Positions 56,951 through 64,000 of a stretch of 64,000 nt of DNA are shown piece after piece. The first letter of the stretch is position 1, and each line of letters begins with the position of its first letter. The notes beneath the pieces were generated by a model. It was not told where the DNA came from. It did no database searches and worked only from the letters and a program-made list of their open reading frames with translations. Source of the stretch: an uncultured Frankiaceae bacterium (GTDB taxonomy: Bacteria > Actinomycetota > Actinomycetes > BP-191); NCBI GenBank assembly GCA_964651395.1, contig CAZYXZ010000003.1, forward strand, positions 52,227-116,226, read 5' to 3'. Both the position numbers and the translations under genes were made by a program.

Positions 56951-58462
56951 ATGACCGAGACCTACCAGCTGTTCATCGACGGCGAGCTCTGCCCGGCCGC
57001 CTCCGGCGCGACCTTCGAGTCGCACGACCCGTCCACCGGCGAGGTGGTCGGCGTCGCCGCCGACGGCGGCGTCGCGGACGTCGAGCGGGCCATCGCGGCC
57101 GCACGCCGCGCGTTCGACACCGGCGACTGGGCGACGCAGAGCCGCGAGTCGCGGATCCGCCTCGTGCGCGACTTCGTCGAGCGGATCACCGCCGCACTGC
57201 CCGAGTTCATCGACATGGAGAGTCGCGACGCCGGCCACACCATGCGCCTCGCGTCGATGTTCACGGTGCCGCTCGGCGTCGAGCACTCCCGCACGGTCAT
57301 CGATCTCTACGAGTCGCGGCGCGACATCGAGGGCCTGCCGCAGAACGCGACGCCCGAGCTGTCCTGGGACTACGCGCGCAAGGAGCCGGTCGGCGTCTGC
57401 GCCCTGATCGCGCCGTTCAACTTCCCGCTCATCCTCGCGATGTGGAAGGTCGCGCCGGCGCTCGTCACCGGCTGCACCGTCGTCCTCAAGCCCTCGACGT
57501 TCACGCCGGGCACCGCCGCGCTGCTCGGCCGGGTCGCCGCCGAGGCCGGCCTGCCGCCGGGCGTCTTCAACGTCGTCACCTCGACCTCGATCGCCGTCGG
57601 CGAGGCGATGACCGCCTCGCCGCTGGTGGACAAGGTCGCCTTCACGGGCTCGACCGAGGTGGGCAGGCGGATCATGCGTGGCGCCGCCGACACGGTGAAG
57701 AGCCTCACGCTCGAGCTCGGGGGCAAGGGCGTCACGCTGCTCCTCGACGACGCCGACCTCGACCTCGCGATCCCCGGCGCGCTGTGGGGATTCCTCACCC
57801 ACCAGGGCCAGATGTGCGAGTCGGGCACGCGCCTCCTCGTCCCGCGCCGGATGTACGACGAGGTGCTCGACCGGCTCGTCCCCCTGGCCGAGGCGCTCAA
57901 GGTCGGCCCGGCCGGCGACTTCGAGAGCGACCTCGGGCCGCTGATCTCCGCGGCGCAGATCGAGCGCGTGCAGGGCTACGTGAAGATCGGCCTCGACCAG
58001 GGCGCCCGGCTGGTCACCGGCGGCGAGGTGCTCACCGACGGCGAGCTCGCGAAGGGCCACTTCCACGCGCCGACGATCTTCGCCGACGTCACCAACGACA
58101 TGACCATCGCGCAGGAGGAGATCTTCGGCCCGGTGCTCTCGGTGATCGGCTACGACGGCGACTCCGAGGCGGTCGCGATCGCCAACGACTCGCCGTACGG
58201 CCTGGCCAACTCGGTCTGGTCGACGAACATCCCGCGCGCGATCGCCGTCGCCAACCGGCTGCGCAGCGGCGCCGTCTGGGTCAACGAGAACCACGCGATG
58301 AACGCGAGCTCGCCGTTCGGCGGCTACAAGCAGTCCGGTGTCGGCCGCGAGCTCGGCAGCGCCGGCCTCGACGCGTACCTCGAGACCAAGCACGTGCGGG
58401 TCGACCAGACGACCTCGCTCGCCCAGCGCTACTGGTACGGCGTCATCGGCCTCGGCGACTAA
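56951..58462 (+). CDS. Aldehyde dehydrogenase family protein
   Basis: Catalytic Cys/Glu context (ELGGKG ... GQMCESGTRLLV) and a Rossmann GxxxxG (FTGSTEVG). Start is MTETYQLFIDGEL. Confidence 0.85.
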   Translation: MTETYQLFIDGELCPAASGATFESHDPSTGEVVGVAADGGVADVERAIAAARRAFDTGDWATQSRESRIRLVRDFVERITAALPEFIDMESRDAGHTMRLASMFTVPLGVEHSRTVIDLYESRRDIEGLPQNATPELSWDYARKEPVGVCALIAPFNFPLILAMWKVAPALVTGCTVVLKPSTFTPGTAALLGRVAAEAGLPPGVFNVVTSTSIAVGEAMTASPLVDKVAFTGSTEVGRRIMRGAADTVKSLTLELGGKGVTLLLDDADLDLAIPGALWGFLTHQGQMCESGTRLLVPRRMYDEVLDRLVPLAEALKVGPAGDFESDLGPLISAAQIERVQGYVKIGLDQGARLVTGGEVLTDGELAKGHFHAPTIFADVTNDMTIAQEEIFGPVLSVIGYDGDSEAVAIANDSPYGLANSVWSTNIPRAIAVANRLRSGAVWVNENHAMNASSPFGGYKQSGVGRELGSAGLDAYLETKHVRVDQTTSLAQRYWYGVIGLGD

Positions 58463-58475
58463 CGCGCCCCTTTTC

Positions 58476-58530
58476 GGATCTCACGTACCGTCAGGGGTCG
58501 CTTTTCGACCCCTACTGGTACGTGAGATCC
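58476..58530. repeat. Long imperfect inverted repeat (25-nt arms, 5-nt loop): GGATCTCACGTACCGTCAGGGGTCG-cttttCGACCCCTACTGGTACGTGAGATCC
   Basis: Located between the aldehyde dehydrogenase stop (58462) and the nfo start (58559). Possible terminator or structured RNA. Confidence 0.45.
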
Positions 58531-58558
58531 GGAAGTGGGGGGGTCGTAGGGTGAGGGG

Positions 58559-59320
58559 ATGCTGAAGATTGGCGCGCATGTCGACCCGAAGGACCCGATC
58601 AGCGAGGCGAAGGCGCGCGACACCGACTTCGTGCAGCTCTTCCTCGGCGACCCGCAGGACTGGAAGAAGCCGGTCCCGCGCGACGACATCACCGAGCTGC
58701 GCGCGAGCGGTCTGACGTACGTCGTCCACGCGCCGTACGTCGTCAACGTCGCGACGCTGAACAACAAGATCCGGATCCCCAGCCGGAAGATCCTGCAACA
58801 GCACTGCGACGGCGCGGTCGAGCTCGGCGCGGTGGCCGTCGTCGTGCACGGCGGCCACGTCGCCAGCGACGACGAGATCGACAAGGGCATCGACAACTGG
58901 CGCAAGGCGGTGGAGCAGCTCGAGACGCCCGTCCAGCTGCTGCTCGAGAACACCGCCGGCGGCGACCACGCGCTCGCCCGGCGCTTCGAGCGGCTCGCGA
59001 GGCTCTGGGACGCGATCGGCGACAGCGGCATCGGCTTCTGCCTCGACACCTGTCACGCGCATGCCGGTGGCGAGGAGCTGCCCGGCATCGTCGACCGCGT
59101 GCTGTCCATCACCGGGCGGATCGACCTGGTCCACGCCAACGACTCCAAGGACGCCGCCGACTCCGGCCGCGACCGGCACGAGAACTTCGGCGCCGGCCAG
59201 ATCGACCCGCAGCTGCTCGTCGAGGTGGTGAAGAAGGCCAAGGCGCCGGTGGTCTGCGAGACCCCCGGCGGCGCCGAGGGTCAGGGCGCCGACATCGCCT
59301 TCCTGCGCGAGCGCCTGTAG
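58559..59320 (+). CDS. nfo: Deoxyribonuclease IV (AP endonuclease family 2)
   Basis: TIM-barrel AP endonuclease motifs: [31 protein letters not shown]. Confidence 0.8.
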   Translation: MLKIGAHVDPKDPISEAKARDTDFVQLFLGDPQDWKKPVPRDDITELRASGLTYVVHAPYVVNVATLNNKIRIPSRKILQQHCDGAVELGAVAVVVHGGHVASDDEIDKGIDNWRKAVEQLETPVQLLLENTAGGDHALARRFERLARLWDAIGDSGIGFCLDTCHAHAGGEELPGIVDRVLSITGRIDLVHANDSKDAADSGRDRHENFGAGQIDPQLLVEVVKKAKAPVVCETPGGAEGQGADIAFLRERL

Positions 59321-62109
59321 GTCAGCGCCCCCACGGCCGACAGCAGCAGGGCCGTCGTCGGACCGACCATGCCCCAGCCGGTCGCGGGGAGCGGGCGGTC
59401 ACTGGGCCGCGGCCGGATCACGGGGTCGCCGTGCGGCGCGGCCGGTCGCACGCGATGGGTCCGGATGTCGACGACCTGCTGGAACGTCGGCCGGTTCTGC
59501 CAGTCGATCGGCCGTACGCCGACCACGCCGACCGCGGAGTGGCGGATGCTGTCCTGCGTCTTGTCGTAGGTCCAGGTCTCCATGTTCTCGCCCTGGTCCG
59601 TGCGGATGTTCTCGACGACGGTGGCGAGTGACGCGCTCAGCTGGTTGCGGCAGGTCGCGAGGACGCCGCCGCCGCAGTACGTGCGGTGCCAGCGGCCCTG
59701 CACCGGGCGGCCCAGGATCTGGCGCAGGTCCTTGCTGAGGTAGCCGTACCAGGCGACGCCGTTCCAGGACGAGCCGATGCCCTGCCGCGGGTGGTCGTCG
59801 ATGCCGGCCGGCAGCTGGTCGACCAGGTCGCCGAGCGTGCCCCGCAGGATGTCGCGGGCGAGCGTCTCGTACCACGCGTCGAAGATCGCGATGGCCGGCT
59901 GGTGGCTGTAACCGGCGGTGCGGTCGTTGTCCTCGCGCAGGGCGCCGTCGTCGACCCACGCCTTGAGGACGGCGCGCGCCTCCGCGGTCTGCGCGTCGTT
60001 GCCCAGCACGTCGAGCACGAGCGGCAGCAGCTCGGCCCCGCGCGTGTCGACGTGCGCCGCCTCGGCCATCACGCCGACCAGCTGGGCACGGGTCATCTTC
60101 TTCGGCCCGGCGATGCCGGCCTCGATCCGCCGCGAGAGGTTGAGGGAGCGGTAGACCGGCCCGTAGGCCCACTCGCCGTCCGAGGAGTCGAAGTCGGGCG
60201 CCTGCTTGTTGTTCCAGTTCGCGATGTAGCCGGGCGCGGGGTTGATCGACCGCGGGTGCGCCTCGAACGGCAGCTCGCCCTTCCAGTCGTACTGACCCGT
60301 GCCCCACGTCGGGAAGTCCGGGTCCACGCCCGCCGCGCGGCGCGGCATCTTCGCCGAGTTGAAGTACGCGATGTCCTTGTCGTCGGCGTAGAACCAGTTG
60401 AACGTGTAGCCGACACCGTGGAAGGCCTTCTGGAAGCTGGCGGCGTCCTTCACGAAGTTCGGGTTCATGGCGCGCAGGAACCCGATGCCGCTGTCCAGCT
60501 CGCCGTTGAACGTCGAGCGCTGGTTCACGATCGCGACCGGCTTGCCCTTGGCCATGGTGCGGAACGCGACGTTGCCGTGGACGGTGCGCTGCAGCTCCAT
60601 CGTCACGAGGATCGGCGTGCCCTGGCCGCCGGCCGACGGCTTGGCCATCTGCTCGTGGTCGCGGATGAGCATCTCGACGCACTGCCCGTTGTACATGTAG
60701 CCGGTCGACTCGAGCGTCGGCTCGGAACCGTCGGCGTTGCACAGCTCCTCGGCGATCTGGTCCACGACGTCGTTGCCCGAGCTGGTCGCGGACCACGCGA
60801 AGTCGCGGCCGTGCCCGAGCTGCACGACGGCGTTGGTGCCGGCGAAGGACACGCCGCGCGCGTCGATGTTCGGCCCGTGCAGGTCGATCTCGACGAGCAG
60901 CTGCGGCGCGTAGTAGCTGGTCTGCGGGCCGAACACGGCCAGCGGGTGCCCGGTCGCCGACTCCGCCGCCGACACCAGCAGCGCGTTGCTGTTGCCCTGC
61001 TTGAGGTTGAGGTGGATCGGGCCGAACGGTCCGTCGACCTTGGTCGGGATGGCCAGTTCCGGGGGCAGCGTGGTCACGACGCCGCCCGTGCCGGGAGCCG
61101 TCGGTCCGTCGACGTCGGGCAGCACGATGGCCGCGGCCTGCGGCGTCGGCAGCTGCTGCGCCGGGAAGCGGTCGGGGATGGTCACCGGCGCCTCCGGGTC
61201 GTCCTTCATCCGGAAGTCGTCGTACATCTTGCGGCCCTCGACCGCGCCGAACTTCGCCTGCAGCCGCTGCAGCCAGATCGCGTTGGCGTACTCGCGGCCG
61301 CCGCCCTTGCCGAAGATGCCACCGACGAGCGAGGCGATGTAGACGATGTCCTTCGGGGTCCACGGCGTCGGGAGGATCTGCAGTGCGGCGTACTCGCCGG
61401 GCAGCTTGGTCACGTCGCGTATCGCCGCGTCCTGCGCCGCGTTGATGCCGTCGACGTAGGCCTGGATCCCGTCCTCGAAGAGCTGGCCCTCCGCCCCGAA
61501 CTTCTCCGACATCGAGTCGATCTGCGCCTGCGCCTCCTCGTCGTTGTAGCCGGCCGCGAGCAGCTGTCCGCGGTCCATCGCGAGGTTGGCCGGGGAGGCG
61601 CCGAGGAACTCGGACATGCGGGCGGCGCCGACGTGGCGCAGCGCGTCCTGGAGGAACATCCGGTCCTCGGTGCCGGCGTAGCCCGCCCCGTACGCCGTGT
61701 CGAGGTCGGTGTCGCCGTAGATGTGCGGCACGCCGAAGGTGTCCCTGATGATCGTCACGCCGGGGCGCGGCGAGTACATGCGCACGATGTTGGCCGGCTC
61801 GACGCCGAACGACCCGTCCTTGAAGACGGCGTCGACGTCCGCCTCGGTCAGCTCGTTCGGGTCCTTGGTGCCGAGGGCGTCGTAGAGCTCCAGCTGGTCC
61901 GCGTAGTTGGGCGGCACGGTGCCGAAGAGCTGCGCCTGGGCGATGTCGAAGGCGCTCATGGTGCCGTTGCTGCCCGGGGGCAGGACGTTGCGGATGTTGC
62001 CGTAGCCGTTGGCGCCGTACTCCGTCGGCGTGACCGCGTGGCCGCCCGGCAGGGCCAGGGTCACGGAGAGAGTGCCGGCAATTGCGACAATCGGTAGAAG
62101 TCGACGCAT
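59281..62109 (-). CDS. Penicillin acylase (Ntn-hydrolase) family protein with C-terminal LPXTG sortase signal
   Basis: 942 aa with a signal peptide. The family resemblance (…[15 protein letters not shown]…) is recalled, not searched. The C-terminus is [31 protein letters not shown]. Confidence 0.85.
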   Translation of the reverse strand: MRRLLPIVAIAGTLSVTLALPGGHAVTPTEYGANGYGNIRNVLPPGSNGTMSAFDIAQAQLFGTVPPNYADQLELYDALGTKDPNELTEADVDAVFKDGSFGVEPANIVRMYSPRPGVTIIRDTFGVPHIYGDTDLDTAYGAGYAGTEDRMFLQDALRHVGAARMSEFLGASPANLAMDRGQLLAAGYNDEEAQAQIDSMSEKFGAEGQLFEDGIQAYVDGINAAQDAAIRDVTKLPGEYAALQILPTPWTPKDIVYIASLVGGIFGKGGGREYANAIWLQRLQAKFGAVEGRKMYDDFRMKDDPEAPVTIPDRFPAQQLPTPQAAAIVLPDVDGPTAPGTGGVVTTLPPELAIPTKVDGPFGPIHLNLKQGNSNALLVSAAESATGHPLAVFGPQTSYYAPQLLVEIDLHGPNIDARGVSFAGTNAVVQLGHGRDFAWSATSSGNDVVDQIAEELCNADGSEPTLESTGYMYNGQCVEMLIRDHEQMAKPSAGGQGTPILVTMELQRTVHGNVAFRTMAKGKPVAIVNQRSTFNGELDSGIGFLRAMNPNFVKDAASFQKAFHGVGYTFNWFYADDKDIAYFNSAKMPRRAAGVDPDFPTWGTGQYDWKGELPFEAHPRSINPAPGYIANWNNKQAPDFDSSDGEWAYGPVYRSLNLSRRIEAGIAGPKKMTRAQLVGVMAEAAHVDTRGAELLPLVLDVLGNDAQTAEARAVLKAWVDDGALREDNDRTAGYSHQPAIAIFDAWYETLARDILRGTLGDLVDQLPAGIDDHPRQGIGSSWNGVAWYGYLSKDLRQILGRPVQGRWHRTYCGGGVLATCRNQLSASLATVVENIRTDQGENMETWTYDKTQDSIRHSAVGVVGVRPIDWQNRPTFQQVVDIRTHRVRPAAPHGDPVIRPRPSDRPLPATGWGMVGPTTALLLSAVGALTYRRSRRKAMSAP

Positions 62110-62161
62110 CCTTACCCGTTCGTCACTTCAGGGTCCGGCCCCTGCCGCCGATGTCCCGCCC

Positions 62162-63484
62162 ATGCGCCTGCGCCGCTCCGCCGTACTGCTGGCCGTGGCG
62201 CTCGGCCTGACGGCCACGGCGCTGCCCGGTCTGGGCACCGAGCTCGTACCGGTCTCGCAGGTCCTCCGCTCCTCCCTCCGCGCCGGCGTCAGTGCCCTGG
62301 ACCTGGCGCCGGGGACGCAGCTGCTGGGCGTCACGTGGTCGTCCGGTACGCCGGAGATCGCGGTCCGCTGGCACGGCCGGGCCGGCTGGTCGCCCTGGCA
62401 GGCCGCGGAGGCCGACGGCGGCCCGGACGCCGACAGCGCCGAGGGCCGCGGCGCCCGGGCGGGCACCGAGCCGCTGTGGGTCCCGGCCGGCGCCGACCGC
62501 CCGGAGGTCCGCTCCTCCGTCGCCGGCACGGAGCTGGTCGTCGTCCGCGAGCGGCAGCAGCGCCGCTGGCGCGCCGGTACGCCGGCCCGCGCCACGGTCG
62601 CGCTGCCCCGGCTGGGCGACGTCGTCACCCGGGCCGAGTGGGGCGCGAACGAGAAGCTCCGCGGCAAGACGGAGTACGGCCCCCGCCCCGTCGCCGCCGT
62701 CGTGCACCACACGGTGAACTCGAACAGCTACACGCAGGCGGAGGCCGCGGGACTGATCCGCGGCATCTACGCGTACCACGTGCAAGGGCGCCGCTGGGAC
62801 GACATCGCCTACCACCTGGTCGTCGACCGGTTCGGTCGCGTCTTCGAAGGCCGGTACGGCGCGCTCGGCGCGAAGCCGGTCGTCGGGGCGCACACCGCCG
62901 GCTTCAACACCGGGACGGTGGGCATCGCGATGCTCGGCGACGCCGACCTGGCAGCGCCCGCGCAGGAGCAGATGCATCGGGTCGCCGCTGCCGGTGCATG
63001 GGCGGCGGACCGGTGGGGGTTCGACCCGCGCACGTCGGTGACGCTGACGTCGCGCGGGTCGCCGCGGTTCAAGAGCGGCACCAAGGTGTCGGTGGCTCGC
63101 ATGCCGGGGCACCGGGATCTCGGTCAGACCGCGTGTCCGGGGCGATATGCGTATCCGGCTCTACCCCAGCTGCGCGACAAGGCGTGGTCGCTGCTGGCTC
63201 CGGTGTTCACCGCGGTCTCGGTTACCGGGCCGGCTCAAGCGAGTACGCCGGCGCGGGTCGCCGCTGTCCTGACTGGTGCTGCGTCGTGGCAGGTCACGGT
63301 GGAGAACGCTCTTGGTCTCACCGTGAAAAACGCAGCTGGGACAGGGCGGGCGGTCGAACTGACGTGGGACGGCACCTTCCTCGGGTTGCCGCTGCCGGGC
63401 AGGTACACCTGGACCATGACCGCTGACGACGGCATCCACGGCCCGTCGGAGCCTGTGTCCGGAACGGTCGACGCGACTTTCTGA
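62162..63484 (+). CDS. N-acetylmuramoyl-L-alanine amidase (PGRP / Amidase_2 domain) with signal peptide and C-terminal extra domain
   Basis: Signal peptide MRLRRSAVLLAVALGLTATALP. The amidase_2 core is AVVHHTVNSNSYTQAEAAGLIRGIYAYHVQGRRWDDIAYHLVVDRFGRVFEGR...GAHTAGFNTGTVGIAMLGD. Confidence 0.75.
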   Translation: MRLRRSAVLLAVALGLTATALPGLGTELVPVSQVLRSSLRAGVSALDLAPGTQLLGVTWSSGTPEIAVRWHGRAGWSPWQAAEADGGPDADSAEGRGARAGTEPLWVPAGADRPEVRSSVAGTELVVVRERQQRRWRAGTPARATVALPRLGDVVTRAEWGANEKLRGKTEYGPRPVAAVVHHTVNSNSYTQAEAAGLIRGIYAYHVQGRRWDDIAYHLVVDRFGRVFEGRYGALGAKPVVGAHTAGFNTGTVGIAMLGDADLAAPAQEQMHRVAAAGAWAADRWGFDPRTSVTLTSRGSPRFKSGTKVSVARMPGHRDLGQTACPGRYAYPALPQLRDKAWSLLAPVFTAVSVTGPAQASTPARVAAVLTGAASWQVTVENALGLTVKNAAGTGRAVELTWDGTFLGLPLPGRYTWTMTADDGIHGPSEPVSGTVDATF

Positions 63485-63486
63485 AG

Positions 63487-63521
63487 ACTTATGCGCTGTC
63501 AGCGCGAATAAGTCTTCATGA
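63487..63521. terminator. Hairpin between convergent genes (GAAGACTTATGCGC-tgtca-GCGCGAATAAGTCTTC)
   Basis: AT-richer near-perfect inverted repeat lying exactly between the amidase stop and the GT2 gene stop. Confidence 0.4.
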
Positions 63522-64000
63522 TCACGGCTTCTGGACGCCGCGGAGGCGGACCTTCATCAGGATCCACAGCGCCTCGACGCCGTCCTTCCACGTCAGCTTC
63601 TTGCCGGCCTCGCGCGTCCGGGCCTTGTAGCTGATCGGCACCTCGAACGGTCGCAGCCCGCGTGCCAGCACCTTGCCGGTCAGCTCCGCCTCCATGCCGA
63701 AGCCCGTCGCCTTCACGTCCAGCTCCCGGTAGAACGCGAGCGGCATGAGCTTGAAGCAGGTCTCGAGGTCGCTGATCCAGCTGTTGAACAGCACGTTGGC
63801 GAACATCGTCACGGCCTTGTTGCCCATGACGTACCAGAACGAGAACGCCGTGTTCGACCCGAACGAGCGGGTGCCGTAGACGATCGTCGCCTCGCCCTGC
63901 AGGACCGGCTGCAGCAGCGACGGCAGCTGCTCCGGCGCGTACTCGAGGTCGGCGTCGCAGATCACCATGTAGTCGCCGGACGCCAGCCCGGCGGCCGTCC
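63522..64000 (-). CDS. Glycosyltransferase family 2 (polyprenol-phosphate mannose/glucose synthase-like), partial
   Basis: C-terminal 148 aa (…VICDADLEYAPEQLPSLL...TRSFGSN...) match GT2 Dpm1-like enzymes. The N-terminus is beyond the window end. Confidence 0.7.
   Translation of the reverse strand, partial: TAAGLASGDYMVICDADLEYAPEQLPSLLQPVLQGEATIVYGTRSFGSNTAFSFWYVMGNKAVTMFANVLFNSWISDLETCFKLMPLAFYRELDVKATGFGMEAELTGKVLARGLRPFEVPISYKARTREAGKKLTWKDGVEALWILMKVRLRGVQKP

Noticed and set aside
56156-58393. 745-aa minus ORF covering the aldehyde dehydrogenase gene
   Set aside because: Only its last 240 codons (cupredoxin protein, 56156..56878) look real. Upstream it is antisense to a well-conserved aldehyde dehydrogenase.
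59399-62097. Long ORFs 59399..61363 (-) and 59686..62097 (+) overlapping the penicillin acylase gene
   Set aside because: Alternative frames or antisense of the acylase with R/G/P-rich composition. The acylase frame has a signal peptide and an LPXTG.

Overview
High-GC (~70%) actinobacterial chromosomal segment in three parts.

(1) Positions 1 to ~22.2 kb are ordinary genes: a flavodoxin-like FMN reductase, a cupin, an AraC regulator, several secreted or LPXTG-anchored proteins, an ECF sigma/anti-sigma pair, a CocE/NonD hydrolase, a GAF-PP2C phosphatase, a csoR-copB-type copper efflux operon, lipoproteins, an epimerase and pyrE.

(2) Positions ~22.2 to 48.6 kb are a ~26-kb accessory/defense island with GC dips at both edges. 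It contains:
- a giant 1491-aa protein with a sacsin/Hsp90-like GHKL ATPase N-terminus and a DUF3883-like C-terminus;
- immediately upstream of that gene, a Tn7-like transposition module (tnsA-like, tnsB, tnsC and two tniQ paralogs, all joined by ATGA overlaps);
- a type I R-M system, hsdM-hsdS-hsdR;
- a Ser/Thr kinase with a small coupled partner;
- a CBASS-like operon: CD-NTase, then an E2/E1/JAB fusion, then a TIR effector with a putative SAVED domain.

(3) Positions 48.6 to 64 kb are the conserved rpsF-ssb-rpsR-rplI ... dnaB neighbourhood. dnaB carries a P-loop mini-intein whose first residue is Ala. Also present are a PadR/methyltransferase divergon with palindromic operators, an SDR, a cupredoxin, an aldehyde dehydrogenase, endonuclease IV, an LPXTG-anchored penicillin acylase, a PGRP-type amidase and a partial GT2 gene.

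No rRNA, tRNA or CRISPR array was recognised. Short repeated motifs (GTGAGAAG / AGAAGTTGATC / TCTGCAATT, and a gcgaatt family) recur at the island edges and next to the tns module. The transposon ends and the exact island boundaries are unresolved. Several coordinates are ±1-3 nt uncertain because start codons were placed by hand arithmetic from the ORF track.
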